Assembly (NCBI GenBank): GCA_000182565.2
Contig: KQ257450.1
DNA from: Spizellomyces punctatus DAOM BR117
Taxonomy: Eukaryota
Strand: one strand, 5' to 3'
Length of the DNA stretch: 64,000 bases
The position numbers were made by a program, and so were the translations under genes. Position 1 is the first letter of the stretch. Each line of letters starts with the position of its first letter. Of the stretch, positions 23,300 through 36,946 are shown piece by piece. The notes below the pieces were generated by a model, which was given only the letters and a program-made list of their open reading frames with translations, was not told the origin of the DNA and did not search any database.

Positions 23300-26037
23300 T
23301 TATTGACTACCGCCCACATGTAACGCAGACCACTGATGCAAAAATCGCATTCGGTGAGAAATGACCTCCCTGCCTTTAACCTTTTTGAGGGATTCAATAG
23401 CCTGCTCATCATTTCCAAGCAATGTTGCATCTTCATCCGATGTAAAGATATGGCGTCGAATTTTGGAGCTCAGTTTCGCTACATCCAACCCAGCATCTAG
23501 GAGCTTTCGCGCTCTTCCGATTACTCCGCCCGACATGTGAACCGCCCCCAGGCATTGATGACGGGTGAAGCCTTCAGATGAGTAGTCGTTGCAGAGTTTA
23601 TCGAATAGATTATAATACTGCGTCTTTACCGATTCCGCAACTTCATGGTGGGGTGCTGGAGTTAGGACCACATGGGGTATTGTTGCAGGCGGGGATTTTT
23701 GGCTAGGTTCGGGCAGTGGAACTGCCTTCTTTTTGATGACCCGCGAACTTGTCGGCGACGCTAAAAAGGGATTCTCGTCTGTCCTCCCCTCAGGTGCTGT
23801 CAGGTATTGAGTGTCAGAATTGTCCACGTCCATGGGTGCTTCTTCTGTTCCGCCCTCTTCATCTGCGGCGACTCCTTTCGCAGAAGATGCCATCTCCTCC
23901 AATTGTGCGTGCTTTTGGGATAGCCTTGCCTGTTCCTCAAGTAAACTGTCCAATTCTTCCTCTGTTGAGCCCACCATTTCCACAGTCGGTGGAGCCTCAT
24001 CTCGGTCCATCAGATGCGGACTTTCAACTTCTCTACTTATGTTCCTCGAGATGCTTCTTCGGGTTTGTGATGCAGGCTGGGTATTGGGGTCTTGAGGGGA
24101 GGACAACAATTGTTTCCGAGGCGATGGATGGGGCGACGTAGCTTGGGCTTGTGACGATTGTGTCTTGGATGGACTGTTTCGTAGCTTTGGTCGGCGCGGA
24201 CTTTGCGATGTGGCCTTTTCGGAAAAGTCACTAGTGTTCCTGCCCAGCGGACTTGCTTGTGTGGCGATTGCCAGTTCTTCCTCAGACGACTGCCCACGTT
24301 CATGATCCTGAGTGTCACCGATTGGCGCTTGAGTTTGCCATGGAGTGTCCTCTTCCTCTTCTGCTTCCCGTTCCTCCGCTTGTCCCTCTCCCTCCTCTTC
24401 CTCTTCTGCGTCTCGTTCCTCCGCTTGTCCCTCTCCCTCTTCTTGCTCTTCATCTACAGATGGAGCACTCTGAGGCTGCGTCATCCACATCCCAGTGTCA
24501 TTTTCCTTTGCGTCGTCCGGAGTTTCCGTTTCCTGCGACCAATACTCCACATCGCTAACTTCTGTGTCCTCAAGCTGCTTCGATTGCGGTGCACCAGGTA
24601 ATATTCCGGCATTTGCATCATTTTCGTTTACTGCCTCAGCGGTGCTTTTCTTTCTCACGTTTTGCAAGATCTTCTGGGCAGCCATTAGAACGGGCATTAT
24701 TACTTTGGTAGCATGCCCTCGCCAACTATCTGCGCTGTGCTGGGAGTGCTGAGAGCGAGCCAGTACGTTAACAGGGTGCGGACCTATCACGGCTGCCCAT
24801 GCAGCAGTGCTGTTACTTACCATCAAGCCAAACTCGACCCAAAAGTTTTTACCTTTGATACCTGCGTCTCCCAACCTGTTGCGCGTGATTTTCCTAATCA
24901 GCGCTTTATCACGCTCCGAGAATTCGCGACGAACACCCTTGAGACGTGACGGTGGTGGTGCATCTGTGCCTGTTTCCAAGAGCGCACCTTCGTCCTCCAT
25001 GTTAGGGATAACTTCCTCTTCTGCGTAGTGTTTCCATGAGGCTTGGGAATGGGCAGTGAACTAGCAGCGGTATAAGCTCGCAGGAAACACAGCAAAGTGC
25101 CAACGACAGTTGTGACTCACCTGCTCTGCCAAGGCACTGTACACTAGCTCGCGGTCCTTTTCGCGTGATATCCTCAAAAGCTCTTCCAATACCTCACGTT
25201 CGTACTTTGAAAAGTGGTCCGACCGCCTGCCCGAATCTCGACTTGTTGTAGTAGACTGTTCAGCATCGACTGGGCTTTGGCCAGGATTTCGGATTCGCTC
25301 CGCCCGCTTGTCGATTTTCTTGGCCGCTGGAAGTGTAGGCAAGATATGCTTAACAGCGTGGTCCCTCCAGGATTGCCAAGAGTGGTGAGGGAACTTTGAA
25401 GTACAGTATGGCCGTTAGTGAAATCCTGGGACGAGTATTTTGTTCTATCAAGCCTACCAAAGAAGCAAATTCCTTATATATTTCATTTCCGAATAGCTTT
25501 CCAGCTTTGATGTGCCCTTCAATGTGATTCCTCAGATGCAACTTGTCTTTTTGGGTGAAAGGTTCGCGACTAGAATGCAGAAAATACTTAGACGACGCCG
25601 AGTGCTGTGTGTAGAAAGAAGCCACTCTACATACCTTGTCCGGTTACCAGGAGGAAGGCCGTTCAAGGACAACGCATACGGTGAGCGACCGAGCAATTGT
25701 CCAGTCTGCACAGAATCCTCTACATATTCTGAGGAGTAGAGGTCTATGGTAGCGGTTCGTATCCCAGGTTCTCCCAGCTTCATGAAGCAATCTGACCCAG
25801 CAACATCTACGACCTGACCTCCATGTTCCTAGAGAAGAATGCTTGTCAGGCGTCCGCCACGCTTCTCGCTTCGTGGTCGCGCTCATATTCTACCTCAATT
25901 AGCTTCCTGATACGCTCGCGATGTAGTCCACGCGTCACGTAGAATTTTAGTGGGTCCCCGCGATCATCAGCAAAGAGTAGCTTCTTGTTCCTTTTCCCCA
26001 TTGGTTCCTCTTTGACAATCACTTCTTGCGTCAACAT
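23300..26037 (-). CDS. RAP1: Rap1/TERF2IP-like telomere protein: BRCT, three Myb-like repeats, acidic linker, RCT-like C-terminus
   Basis: BRCT LFADDRGDPLKFYV..IE/EHGGQV..YSSEYVEDSV; Myb REPFTQKD..GNEIYK..PHHSWQSWRD; C-terminal IFTSDEDATL..KVKGREVISHRMRFL. Confidence 0.85.
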
Positions 26038-26842
26038 GATTGCTGCGAGATCCTTGGAAAACACGACAGGAGCTTGTAAGCGATCACGGCTGTGCCTCCT
26101 TATGTGGCGCGGTGACTGTAAAGCAAAAGCCATAGTTGGGCGAGCGATATTTGCCCTCACATCACTTGCTAATGAACGTATGCATTCGGCATGGATTGCA
26201 ACATTGCGACCATAAAATAAGATGCTAGTTTCATCATGCGTGGCAAGTGTCTACCAGCAGGTCCGTAACATCCAAACGGCGTTTATTCAAGCGCTAACTG
26301 TCAGCCAGCCCTTGTCATTTCCCCATTCAAACAGTATGCATAAAGCAGACGTTGGCTTCACAAGTCCCTGCCCACCACCTCCACCACCACCACCATCATC
26401 ACCAGCGACGATTGCCAGTGCCATATCTCTTTGTGCTCTTGAATCTTTGATCCATCGCCGAGGATTCCCATCTTACCAGTCGTGTGCTCGTGGCAAATGG
26501 CCTTTGTTGGGAAATGAACACTTTTAAACTTTAAATCAGTGTATGACTGTGCCATGACATTATTCCATAAAAGGATAGATTGTAGGAACCTTATTGGCTC
26601 AAGTGTCCGACGACCAGCTGCGATTCCAACGTTAAAAGTTACTTCCGAACCCATCGCAGCAGGAGAAACGGCCACGGATATGCAAGTTTTGTTGTTTTTT
26701 TCTTTTTCGCCCGGCCGACTGCGGAACCTCATCGCTGTCGATATTTTAAAACGACGGCTTTCGCTGCATCCCCACCATCGTTTACCCCATCGCGGTTGCT
26801 GGCCAGCTACCGAGAGAGCACTTGACGACGACACGAGCCAGA

Positions 26843-28949
26843 ATGGACCGCGATAGCACTCAAGTGGACTTGGTCGGTTCCGACCAAGTTGGTTTCGACC
26901 AAGAGAAAGCCGTTCCCCGGCCTTCGGGGGAGATTGCTGCACAGCAGGGTGTGAAAGCCCTCGATGCGGCTTACAAGCTGTTAACAAGAACAGAATTCGC
27001 TATCATTTATGTCGGGTGCGTTGAAGGCTTAAAATCTGTGATAAAGACAAAGGATGCTAAACCGTTGATATCGTATAGAATCTTTCTTGTGATCTTTGTC
27101 TACTCGTTGGACATCAATACCTACGGCACGCTTCTTCCCTTCATCACGTCGTCGTTCCAACAGCACTCTGGCCTCAGTCTGCTAATGGCCGTGTCCGGCG
27201 TTGTAAATAGTGTTTGCAAGATGCCACTCGCAAAACTAGCTGATGTTTTTGGCCGGGCAGAGACATTTGCCTTTGCCGTGCTATGCTACATTGTTGGTTT
27301 GATCATCATGTGCGCTGTGGATACATTTGGCCAGTTTGCTGTGAGTACCTATCTCTCCACGACAGCCGAGTCTCGAAGTTGAAGTGGCCCCCTTCCCTAA
27401 CTATAATTGCTTTATCACAGGCCGCGACAGTTTTGTACACAATCGGTACTTCTGGCGTGTATACCCTGCTGCAGATTGTCATCGCCGACACATCTTCCCT
27501 TGCCAACCGAGGTTTTTTTTCGAGTTTGATCGATCTTCCATTTATCTTGAATATTTGGATCGGTCCACCAATTGCAAGGCATTTTCTTGAAAAGCAAGTC
27601 GACGGGAAATCCCAATGGCGCTGGGCTTTTGGAATGATCATCATCTTGCTCTTCTGCTGTGCCCAACCCATCTTCATTGGTCTCAAGTGGCTTGAAAGGA
27701 AGGCCTCCCGAAATGGCCTGGTGGTGAAGAAGAAGAATGAATATCTCACGTGGCAGTTTTGGAAGAATCTGGTTTTGGATGTGGACCTTCTCGGTCTTCT
27801 GCTGTTTGGCGGAAGTCTCTTTCTCATCATTTTCCCCACAAACTGGTACCGGAATTACCCAAAGGAATGGAAAGATGGTACGTTTTCTTACTGCTCGTCA
27901 AGCAACGTAGCAGTCGACTAACCTTTACGTCAGGCCGCATCATCGCCATGCTTGTCATGGGCGGCGTTGGCTTTGTCATATTCTTCCTTCAGCAACAGTT
28001 TCTCTCCCGCGCCCCCATCTTCCCTGCCCGTTTCCTAAAGGACCGTACTGTCATCGGTGGCCTTCTTACCGGCTGTCTGATCTTTGTGTCCTACTACATC
28101 TACAGCAGTTTCCTTACCTCATACATTTACGTTTCTCGTGACCTCACAGTCGATCAATCTCAATGGATCTTCACCTCTTGGAACGTTGGATCTGTGCTCA
28201 GCAGTATCCTTATCGGACTCGCTATGAAACGCACTCGCAGTTTCAAACTGTGGGCTTTGATTGGACTCGCCATCAACATCATTGGAAGCGGTGTCATGAT
28301 TAATGTAAAGGGACCTGAAAACCCATTGGCCGAAATGATCTCTGCCCAAACAGTTATTGGGATTGGTCAAGGGATCACAACATGTGCAACCCAAGTTGGA
28401 GTGCAAGCTGCCGTAGCACATCAAGGTATGTAGGTGGTCGTCACCGTATATCGATGGGATCTTGGCATCATCTGATCCTGCTGTACTTAGATCTCGGAAC
28501 AATGACTGCCGTGTATCTAACAGTCACGTCCGTCGGCTTCTCGGTCGGAGCGTCTATAGCAGGCGCAATCTGGAAGGAACTTCTTCACGATCAACTTGTC
28601 GAAGCGCTTCCCGAGCTCCCTGAGGCCAACATTACAGCCTTCGTGGGTGACCACACCAAAGTCAGACTATGGTTGGAGGGTGATCAACTGTCGCGAGCGC
28701 GCCACGCATATACCTACACGAGCAAAACTCTAAACATCATCGCGTGCTGCTTGTTGGTTCCAATATTTGGTACCATTGGTATGATGCGGAACATCACGCT
28801 GACAGACGGTGCGTAGCTATTGTTCACAGTTCAGTTGGACACAATGACTAAAATCTCCCTCCTTGTTATTAGATGTTACGACTAAAGAAGCCGAAGAGGC
28901 TGCGATTGCCGAAGGAAGCGTCGGCACAAGTGCCGACCACGGCAGATAA
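26843..28949 (+). CDS. MFS siderophore-iron transporter (SIT/Arn family)
   Basis: GVKALDA, YSLD..ITSSFQQHS, PLAKLADVFGRAETF, IVIADTSSLANRG, WRWAFGM, QVGVQAAVAH, GASIAGAIW. Confidence 0.88.
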
Positions 28950-29271
28950 TCCTTTTGATTTTCACGACGATAACCATATATATGCATAACTCATTGTGAA
29001 TAATTTATTAGATCTTGTATGTATGGATTTATAAAGTAGCTTTTGTAGCCCCCAATTATGTGAATGTCCGTTTTCAACGTCCTCCCTGCTTCACGACCGG
29101 TGATAGCAACGAGGTGGCACAGTCATAATGTGAAACTCGAGGGCTTGGGCACTCGAGCAAGTTCTCACACAGCGTTACGCCGCCGCCGCCGTCGTAACCA
29201 CAACTCCGCCAGCGCCATAGAACGCAACGGCGGCGGATTGGAGTTACAAAAGCACTCATTGCTGGATAGAC

Positions 29272-31490
29272 ATGGATCTCCTCACCAAAGTCAGATCCCA
29301 AATAGAGAAATTGGGGCCTAGACGCTCGACAGGGAACCTTCTTCACAAGGTGTGTGCAAAAAAATGGCTTGTCATATCGCCTACTGAACATAACCTTTGT
29401 CATGTCCATTTTCAGTTTCAAATATGCTGGGATACGATAAACTTTGAAGTACAGGTGGAATCCAACCTTTCCCGAAATGTAGATCGAACAGAGATACCGC
29501 AAGCATTGCAACAAATGCTAGATATCTTGGTGAAGGAGCAGAGTATGGTAGACCGGGGTCTGGTATGTTTCTATATGTACAGTTCACCGTCCTTTTCACT
29601 GGATCGAAGGGTGTTTATATTGAAGCAAATCCTAGCATACGACTAACGGCTGTGCTGAAATGTTCTTGAACAACGACATGCTGGGTCAGTTGGTGAAACT
29701 GTCGCAAGCGGACGTTCCTTTGGGATTCAGAGGCGAGGTCATCCAGACGATATCTTCACTGATCAGCCTGCTGGAAGGAAAGAGCTTGTTTCATAAATCT
29801 GTCAATGGGGCTGCGGTGGCTTTAATGAGGAGCGCTCTGGCGAGTCGGGATCACAAGTATGAGGATGCAATGCTCGAGGTTTGGTTCTTATTAATCGACA
29901 ATGTGCAGATAAGCAGTGGTTGCTAACGTGAAACCACAGTTAGAGTCCAATATTTCGACAAAGATTCATGAGCTGCCGGCACTGTTGCATCTCTTTTTTA
30001 CAAAACGACCCGTAACCTCGAACGTATCCACCGAAGCTGTTGGCGGGCTCGTTGGTGCACGAGACGACCAGGACTCGGGACTTGACGAGGGCAGCTACGA
30101 TTTCCCACTATTTGACCATTTGTTGCGCTACGTGCATATTGAAGGACGACGTGGTGATGTGGCACGGACGTCTTGTTTGTTCCTACTTCAACTGCAGCAG
30201 GATGAACTGCAGGATTGCATAGCGAGGAGCGATTTTGCGATTACGGTGATTGCCGGTATTGGCGGACTGTTTTCCCAGTTGCCTCCCCAATTGCCTGATC
30301 TGAATCCTGGGGGGCGTCAAGGGTATGCGTTGGTGACTTTTACGAGAGATGTCGAGTCCCTGTGTGGCCTTTTGCGCTTTGTTCAAGATGTACTGGCAAA
30401 ATGCCCGTCACCGGATACGTGCGAAGCCATACTAAGAGAGTTTCGTGTGACCTTCTTGGAACATGTCGTGCAACCACAGCTAATGACAGCATCGGATTTC
30501 GATGGGACGACCGTGGCGGTTTTATACTATATTTGCAAAATGCTTGATGTCGTGTGGGAGGAACGATTTTCCTCTATATTTGTAAGGTTCCTATTGCAAG
30601 GTGATGATGTTTCTGACGATCAGGACGCTACCGCGATAGATGACGTTGAATTGCATGTTCGCGATGTCCTCGTTTCAAAATTGAATTCATTATCGGAAGA
30701 AGTTGTGACGCAAACATTACGGTTTTTCCATAGCCTCTTGACGAAACACCGAGTACAAGTCTTGGCGCTCCTTTTGGAAACCATGTCCGAACCAAAGTTT
30801 GCGGAATTATCGTCCAATTTTACTGTCGATGCTCATCAACATTTGGCCGTCGTTAGGCGGTATTTTGCTCTTATGAATACCGCTCATGCGGCGGTGGACC
30901 ATGGGACTACCCTAGAAGCGTATCTTGAAGACGCAGAAACTGCACTCTTATCGTCCCGCATGACGTCTCGCGCATCCTCCCCTACAAAAGACAAGACAAA
31001 AGGAGAATCCATAACGATTGAAAATGCCGAGCTATTAGAGCAGCTGGATAGGCTAGGTCGCGACGCAACCCTTCAAAAATTTATTGGAAAGCTATCGACT
31101 TTCTTCAGCCATTCTATGGAAATCAATCTCGCCTTAACCGGTGTCCTTTCCAAAGTGGCCGCCTCTCCCCACCCTCTCCTTAACCTGTACCTCTTCAGCA
31201 GCGACATCCTTTTGGGACCACAACATCCCTCCCTCTATGTCATCATCACCCGTCTGCTCGCAGAGGTCTCAACGAAACGAGCTCAATTGGGCGAAGATGT
31301 ATTCGATAACCGGTTGGAAATGACACGGGCGGCATTATATGAAGGTGATTGGGTGGAAGGGGTCGGAGAGTTGGATCTTGAAGGGGAGTTTGTAAAGAAC
31401 GTTGTGGTTTTGGAGGAGTTTGTCAAGGAGTTGGTTGCTGTTTTGGTTACTAGGGGAGAAGTGAGTGCCGAAGAGGTAGCATTCGTATAG
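29272..31490 (+). CDS. FAM160/FHIP (RAI16-like) FHF-complex subunit
   Basis: LVKLSQADVPLGFRGEVI, FPLFDHLLRYVHIEGRRGDVAR, GIGGLFSQLP, FFSHSMEINLALTGVL, NVVVLEEFVKELVAV. Confidence 0.85.
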
Positions 31491-31698
31491 CTAGACCTTA
31501 TGGCAGATGTACATGTTTGTTTTTGTTTGTACCACATTAGTCTGAAACTTTTGTATATAGTTGAAAGTGTTGATGTTAGGTAGACTGCCGGTATCGGAAT
31601 AGATGCGAATTCAAATTGCGGATTAACGAGATGATCTTTGTAGCTTGATGGTCGTGACGGATTGCTATTCATTGGTTCTTTTGGAAGATAGGGTTGGG

Positions 31699-33178
31699 TC
31701 ACATTTCACTGTGCTTCCCGTACGCTTCCCTAGCCAGATCCAGCACATTTTCCACACTAATAACCCACTCTATGTCCCATTCCCACCACCGACCCAAAAA
31801 CAATTTACTAACAGCCACTGTAACATCGATTTCATCCTGCCCAGCATTTCCAGACAAATGCTTCCGCGTCGGCGGTACAACCCACAAAGCAGTAACAGAG
31901 GAACCAAACGGTCGTTTGTCTAGCAGCTCTATAAATTTTGGGCTATCGTGTAGTCTAGATGCTACGGCGACGGAGGTTACAAATCTCGCGAGAAAGGTTA
32001 AACACGCTAATCGTAATTTCGGAAATCGCATATCAGCACAGGGCGGTGAAGAAGGTGTTGGTGGGATGGCGCAAACAATAATGTTTGGAAGGAATTTGAC
32101 GCATACGGATCGGGTTGAAAAGAGTGTCTCAAATAAACCCGCTGCGGAGAGGATGTTGATGAGTCCCGATAGGATCATCTCTTCGTGGTCTGGAGGCTGA
32201 TAGGTGATGGGATCCATCACTACTGGCAAGTGTTTTCGAACCATATCGGCAATATTTGAAATGACTCTTGTGGCAGATGGTTCACTGAGTTGCCTCCAAA
32301 TATGGACCCCTCCTCTCAAGTGTCCGGCGGTGTCATCCCCATTAGAATCTGGAGCGTCTGGTTCAACAAAGAGCCTCTGGAGACACTGCAACGCGGCTAG
32401 ACGGGCATAGATGACTTGGTGCTGAGATGATTGCATCTGGCGATCCTGTCGACGTAAGGGAGACGGTGATGTGGTGGCGAGAATGGTCATGATGCAGCTC
32501 AGAGTGCTCGTCAAAAGAAACTTTGCCGGTGCCTCGGAAGACACGAGTTGCGACCCGCGCTGTTCTACACGCGCACAGATGCTGCAGAGATGCAGCGTAA
32601 GATCGACCAGCGAAAGCATGCAAAGGATCTGGCATATCCAAGACCTACTCGTAACGAAAATGCATTATTGGAATTGGGTCGCATGTAGATCAAACAGACT
32701 GCCACCACCTTTCATCATTTCGCTGCACACGTTTCACGGCATCAAGACCCTCGACCACAGACACAAGGTTTCGACAAACAGCGGTAACTTGGATCCCAAA
32801 TCTCGTATTTCCTTCGTCGAGCCTTTGAGCAACCTCCGACAAGAGACAGCAACATAATCCAACCGCCCAAACGTCTTCTCCCCCTGCACTCAAACTCATT
32901 AAAACCTTGATGACCGCATTCGTTAACCGCTCGGCTTCCTCGCTATCCGTGGGACGAATGTAGGGGAGAGAAGCTATTGAACGAATGAGGGATACGGCGT
33001 GCGGAAGGGGACAGGGAGTTTGAAGAGAAGACAGTGTTTTCGTGAGGATGGTAATGAGCGCTCGGAGGTTGGGTCTAGTAGAAGCAATCTCGGTGCGGAG
33101 GTTAGTTAGGTGGGTTTGCACTGCTGGGGATAACTCGAAGCATGAAATGAGCGGGGAGGAGCCGGTAATGGAATGCAT
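31699..33178 (-). CDS. Uncharacterised helical-repeat-like protein (about 2 exons)
   Basis: Two long Leu-rich ORFs (32690-33178, 31699-32619) separated by an intron-sized gap; no family recognised. Confidence 0.55.
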
Positions 33179-34704
33179 GGAGAAAGAGTAGACGCGATCT
33201 CACGCAAACGCGCAAAGGAGATGCCATCTTTGCAAGGTTTTCTGCCATTGCCGACGCAACATTCTGCAGAAATATTACTTTGCTGGTAGTCGTTGGATTT
33301 CAGCACTTCAGCGTCTTGGTGGAATTTTCATAACGTACCTAATGTTCTACATGGCAAACAGAAAGTGGAGATAAATTCGAGAAAATGACTGTTGTGCATA
33401 GACCTATGGAAAATATCTGTTTATTTACACCGACCTTTGGAAGCAGCACTTTCTTCCTTCTCAAAGTGAGCCGCCGCTCAAGAATATCGCTTGTTCCTCA
33501 GCTCTGCACTTTTGAATCACAGCTAGGGCATACAAGTCTCACGTTTCGGCCAGATATGTAATATATGCCAATGTAAGGTCTTGGCCATGATCGGCTTGTA
33601 TCTGGCTGGTCGCTTCATGATCAATGAAAGGAACATATTGTCCGATTGAAAGTCCTGCATAGTAAGTAAATAACTTTTCATCATCAACTACAAGTTTGGA
33701 GTTCATGTGCAAACGGGACTGCGACTAGTAACCTCCTTTTCGCTTCGAATGGGGTTTCTTGGGGCTTCACTGGGCCAGTAGAGAGTCATTGGACCGATCC
33801 GGCAGAAGCTTCATGTACTTATCTATGTGAATCCACAAACAGATCGAAAGACCGGAACCACACCGCTAGGGAGATCATGGGCATGCAGGATTTCTTGTGC
33901 AGCGATTAGATGCACCCGATATGATTAAGCATCTACTACATTACGCACGCTTACTTCGAAGCATATGGATCAAATATACTGAGCATCCATCCATTCATAA
34001 TCTACGATGTTGCGGGCATTCATTCTTTGTACCCGAACTGGTCATCAAAACCCGCAACGACAGAACCATACTGTGCACAAGAGGTTAATTACATGACATA
34101 TCGACGCGGATTACTGCTCATAGCCATCCTATGCCTCAATGTGAAGGATTTTACTCCCCTTCACGACCAGCACCGTCAACGCATTCAGCAACAGGTGGAA
34201 AGAAAAAGTTACCTACGGTCGTCTGGTAAGATACGTCGTGCACTTGTTGCATAGGCCATACGGTTTGACTTAGATTTGGACAGAGGGAACGTTCACTGGC
34301 TACTAAATGACCACAATGGGTGATCCGCCCTTCAATAGAGTATTTCTGTCTTAGTTTCGATTTTGACTAGCAATGAAAATATAGACTGATATCTCCCTAA
34401 ACCCTTTTAAGCGAGACTTCCGCTAGCAATACGTCATTGTATTTTGGGGGACAAGATGTGCCTTGTAGTCTCTGCAGAAAGAATGCTGACAGATATTGGC
34501 ACGGCCTGCCATTTTATAGGCTGGTATAAAAGTTTGGACATGCGGTTGTACAGATGTTACTGGTTCAGCCAGCTTGAGATAAATTGTATGTACAAACAAA
34601 ACCTATATATGTCCGTCTTCGTCCAGAAGATCCTAATTATGAGAGAAGGAGAAAATTCGTTGGTATCTGCAGGCTCATGGTATACTCTCCTTCCCCATGC
34701 CAGC

Positions 34705-36361
34705 TTAAGCATTGGAAGCCGACGAGGACGCTGATTTCGCAGGCTTTGTTCGGTAATGATAATAGCTCATTGCTAAGATCAAGAAATTTGCCCTAATATC
34801 ATGAAGGTATATGTTAATTTGGCTCAAACGCATCTCAACTAAAAACTCAATTCAGCCTACCCTGGAAGAACCTATCGATAGAGCAACACGAAACAATTGA
34901 CAAACAGGATATGTTCAGAGGCAAGAATGCGGGGAAAGCGGCCGGTGTAATACATACCATTAAATAAAAGGCATAGAATCCGTACGGAGCAGTATTCTTT
35001 GGAGGGCTTTTCCAAGAGATGCTGCTTGAAATCATGACTGACAGGTATGCAGCGGTAAAGAGAACCTTGTCCTATGTATGGGGAAAGTTTAGTTGATCTG
35101 TATTCAAGAAACGTATGACTGTAGGTTAACATACCATGACGATGCCAATTCCAACCCATCGCACCCTTTGGGCAATTTTCAGCATCTCCTGCCCCCGTAA
35201 TCTAGCGGGATTGCTCATTTTGTGACTGGTAGCGGTTCCAGCAAGCGTGGTTTGCGTTTGGGGTGTCAATGCAGACGCATCTTGTTGAGGGTTTTGAGTT
35301 TGCTTAATCTCCATGTTGAACTGTGAGGTCGACTTCACCGCTTCCACAATGATCGCAGAAAAGTGGATAGAGAATTTGTAACTACAGACTGCCCAGTTGA
35401 TGAACTACACGCATATGAAAGATATTAAGCTCGGAAATTGCATTTTCATATATTGATAAAGCATGTCACATACCCATGGTATCATCGAACCAAAGTAAAG
35501 TAGTGAAGCTATGTTATAGATCTTGAAAGGTAACTTGTTATTAGCCTCAAATGTTTGGCATTTTGCAGCTATACCGAATCATGCTGTACCTTTTGATTCT
35601 CCAAGCTGTAGTAAGCAGCACGAACAAACAGAATGGGTAGACAGATTATAAAGACTGTATGTGTTGGAACGAGCAGTGTTTTGCGAAGTCGGATCATTTC
35701 TTGTCGCAAAATCTCTTGTTCGTGCATGTCCACCATCTGAATCGTGAATTTGACCCAATGAAAGAGTGTACAGAACGCGGCCACCATAAGACCTGCACGA
35801 AAAAGGAGAGGGAAGGATGTTACCCTCTGCTGTGATAAGATCATAACAAATGTCACGCATTTCATTTTCTTACCTTCGGAACCAAAGATCCACACCAATG
35901 AATTCAGAACGGATACCGCCCGGCCCTTTGCAAAAACTTCAAGGCTCCCGATCATTAATCCCATGCATGTTATGCTAGTAGCAAGCTGCCAGGCGACACA
36001 AAGATGGTTTTTGTTGAATAAAGATTGAGAATATGACCCCACAGCAAGCAGAACACACACTCACATAAAATGCCTTGCTCAAAGTCCATTGACGCCCGAC
36101 AATTTGAAAGTCACGTATCATGAACACCACCATCAATCCGCACACAAAGCAGGAGAATACAGTGTTTGGAATGCTAAAGGCGAGTACGAGTTTGTTGCTA
36201 ACGCATAGGTTCGTTTGTAGGGTCCAATGGTCTAGTGTCGTCCCAAATATGGTTAAGAATGATGTGACTTCACAGAGCTGGAAGATGTACTCACCAATGG
36301 TATATCCATTGAGATCGTATATTCCCGACAAATCGCAAGGCCAGCTCGAATCTGTTGCCAT
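34705..36361 (-). CDS. Orphan seven-transmembrane (GPCR-like) protein, multi-exon
   Basis: Manual splicing, including an 11-nt exon encoding VLPG, gives seven hydrophobic segments, a polar loop between TM5 and TM6 and the tail YRTKPAKSASSSASNA*. Confidence 0.55.
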
Positions 36362-36946
36362 GACCAAGGTAGTTGTAGTTTAACGTATCACTGAGTATGC
36401 TCCAGGAGGGAGACGATAAAAGGGGAGATTTGGTTAAGAGAGTTAATTTTGGGACCGCTCCTCATGTCAACCCGGGTACCAAATGAGGTTTCCCCGTGGA
36501 TAAAAGCATGACTTGGATGACTTGCTCCAGAGCCTCATCCTGAGGGTATACCGCATATGCCAAACGCCAAGCCATGTCTTATTTACCAGCCTAGTATTGT
36601 TTTTTCTAATGAAATGTGCCTCCAAATATTTGAAAATGCTCATTTTCCAGGTCCAAACATGGCAGTACACCATAACAATGCCCAACAAATTACACCGAGA
36701 AGCCTCCGGCCTAGGGTTCCTCCGCACCCGAGAATTCCATTGTTTTGCCAATCAAGTCTACCTGGGATGTGCATCGGAATAATGGTATTATTTTAGGAGA
36801 TCGACCGCATGATTTACAATAACCGTGCCCAAAATAGTGCGTCGAAGTCGGTCGCCGATGATTATGTCATGAACCAGCCCCCGGCAAGCCACGCGATTTC
36901 ACAGTCATTCCTTTCGGTCTTTGCGCTCGTTGACGTCCGAACGGAT

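Noticed and set aside
24352-24440. 42-bp internal duplication in the Rap1 linker
   Set aside because: Ordinary low-complexity expansion in an acidic disordered region
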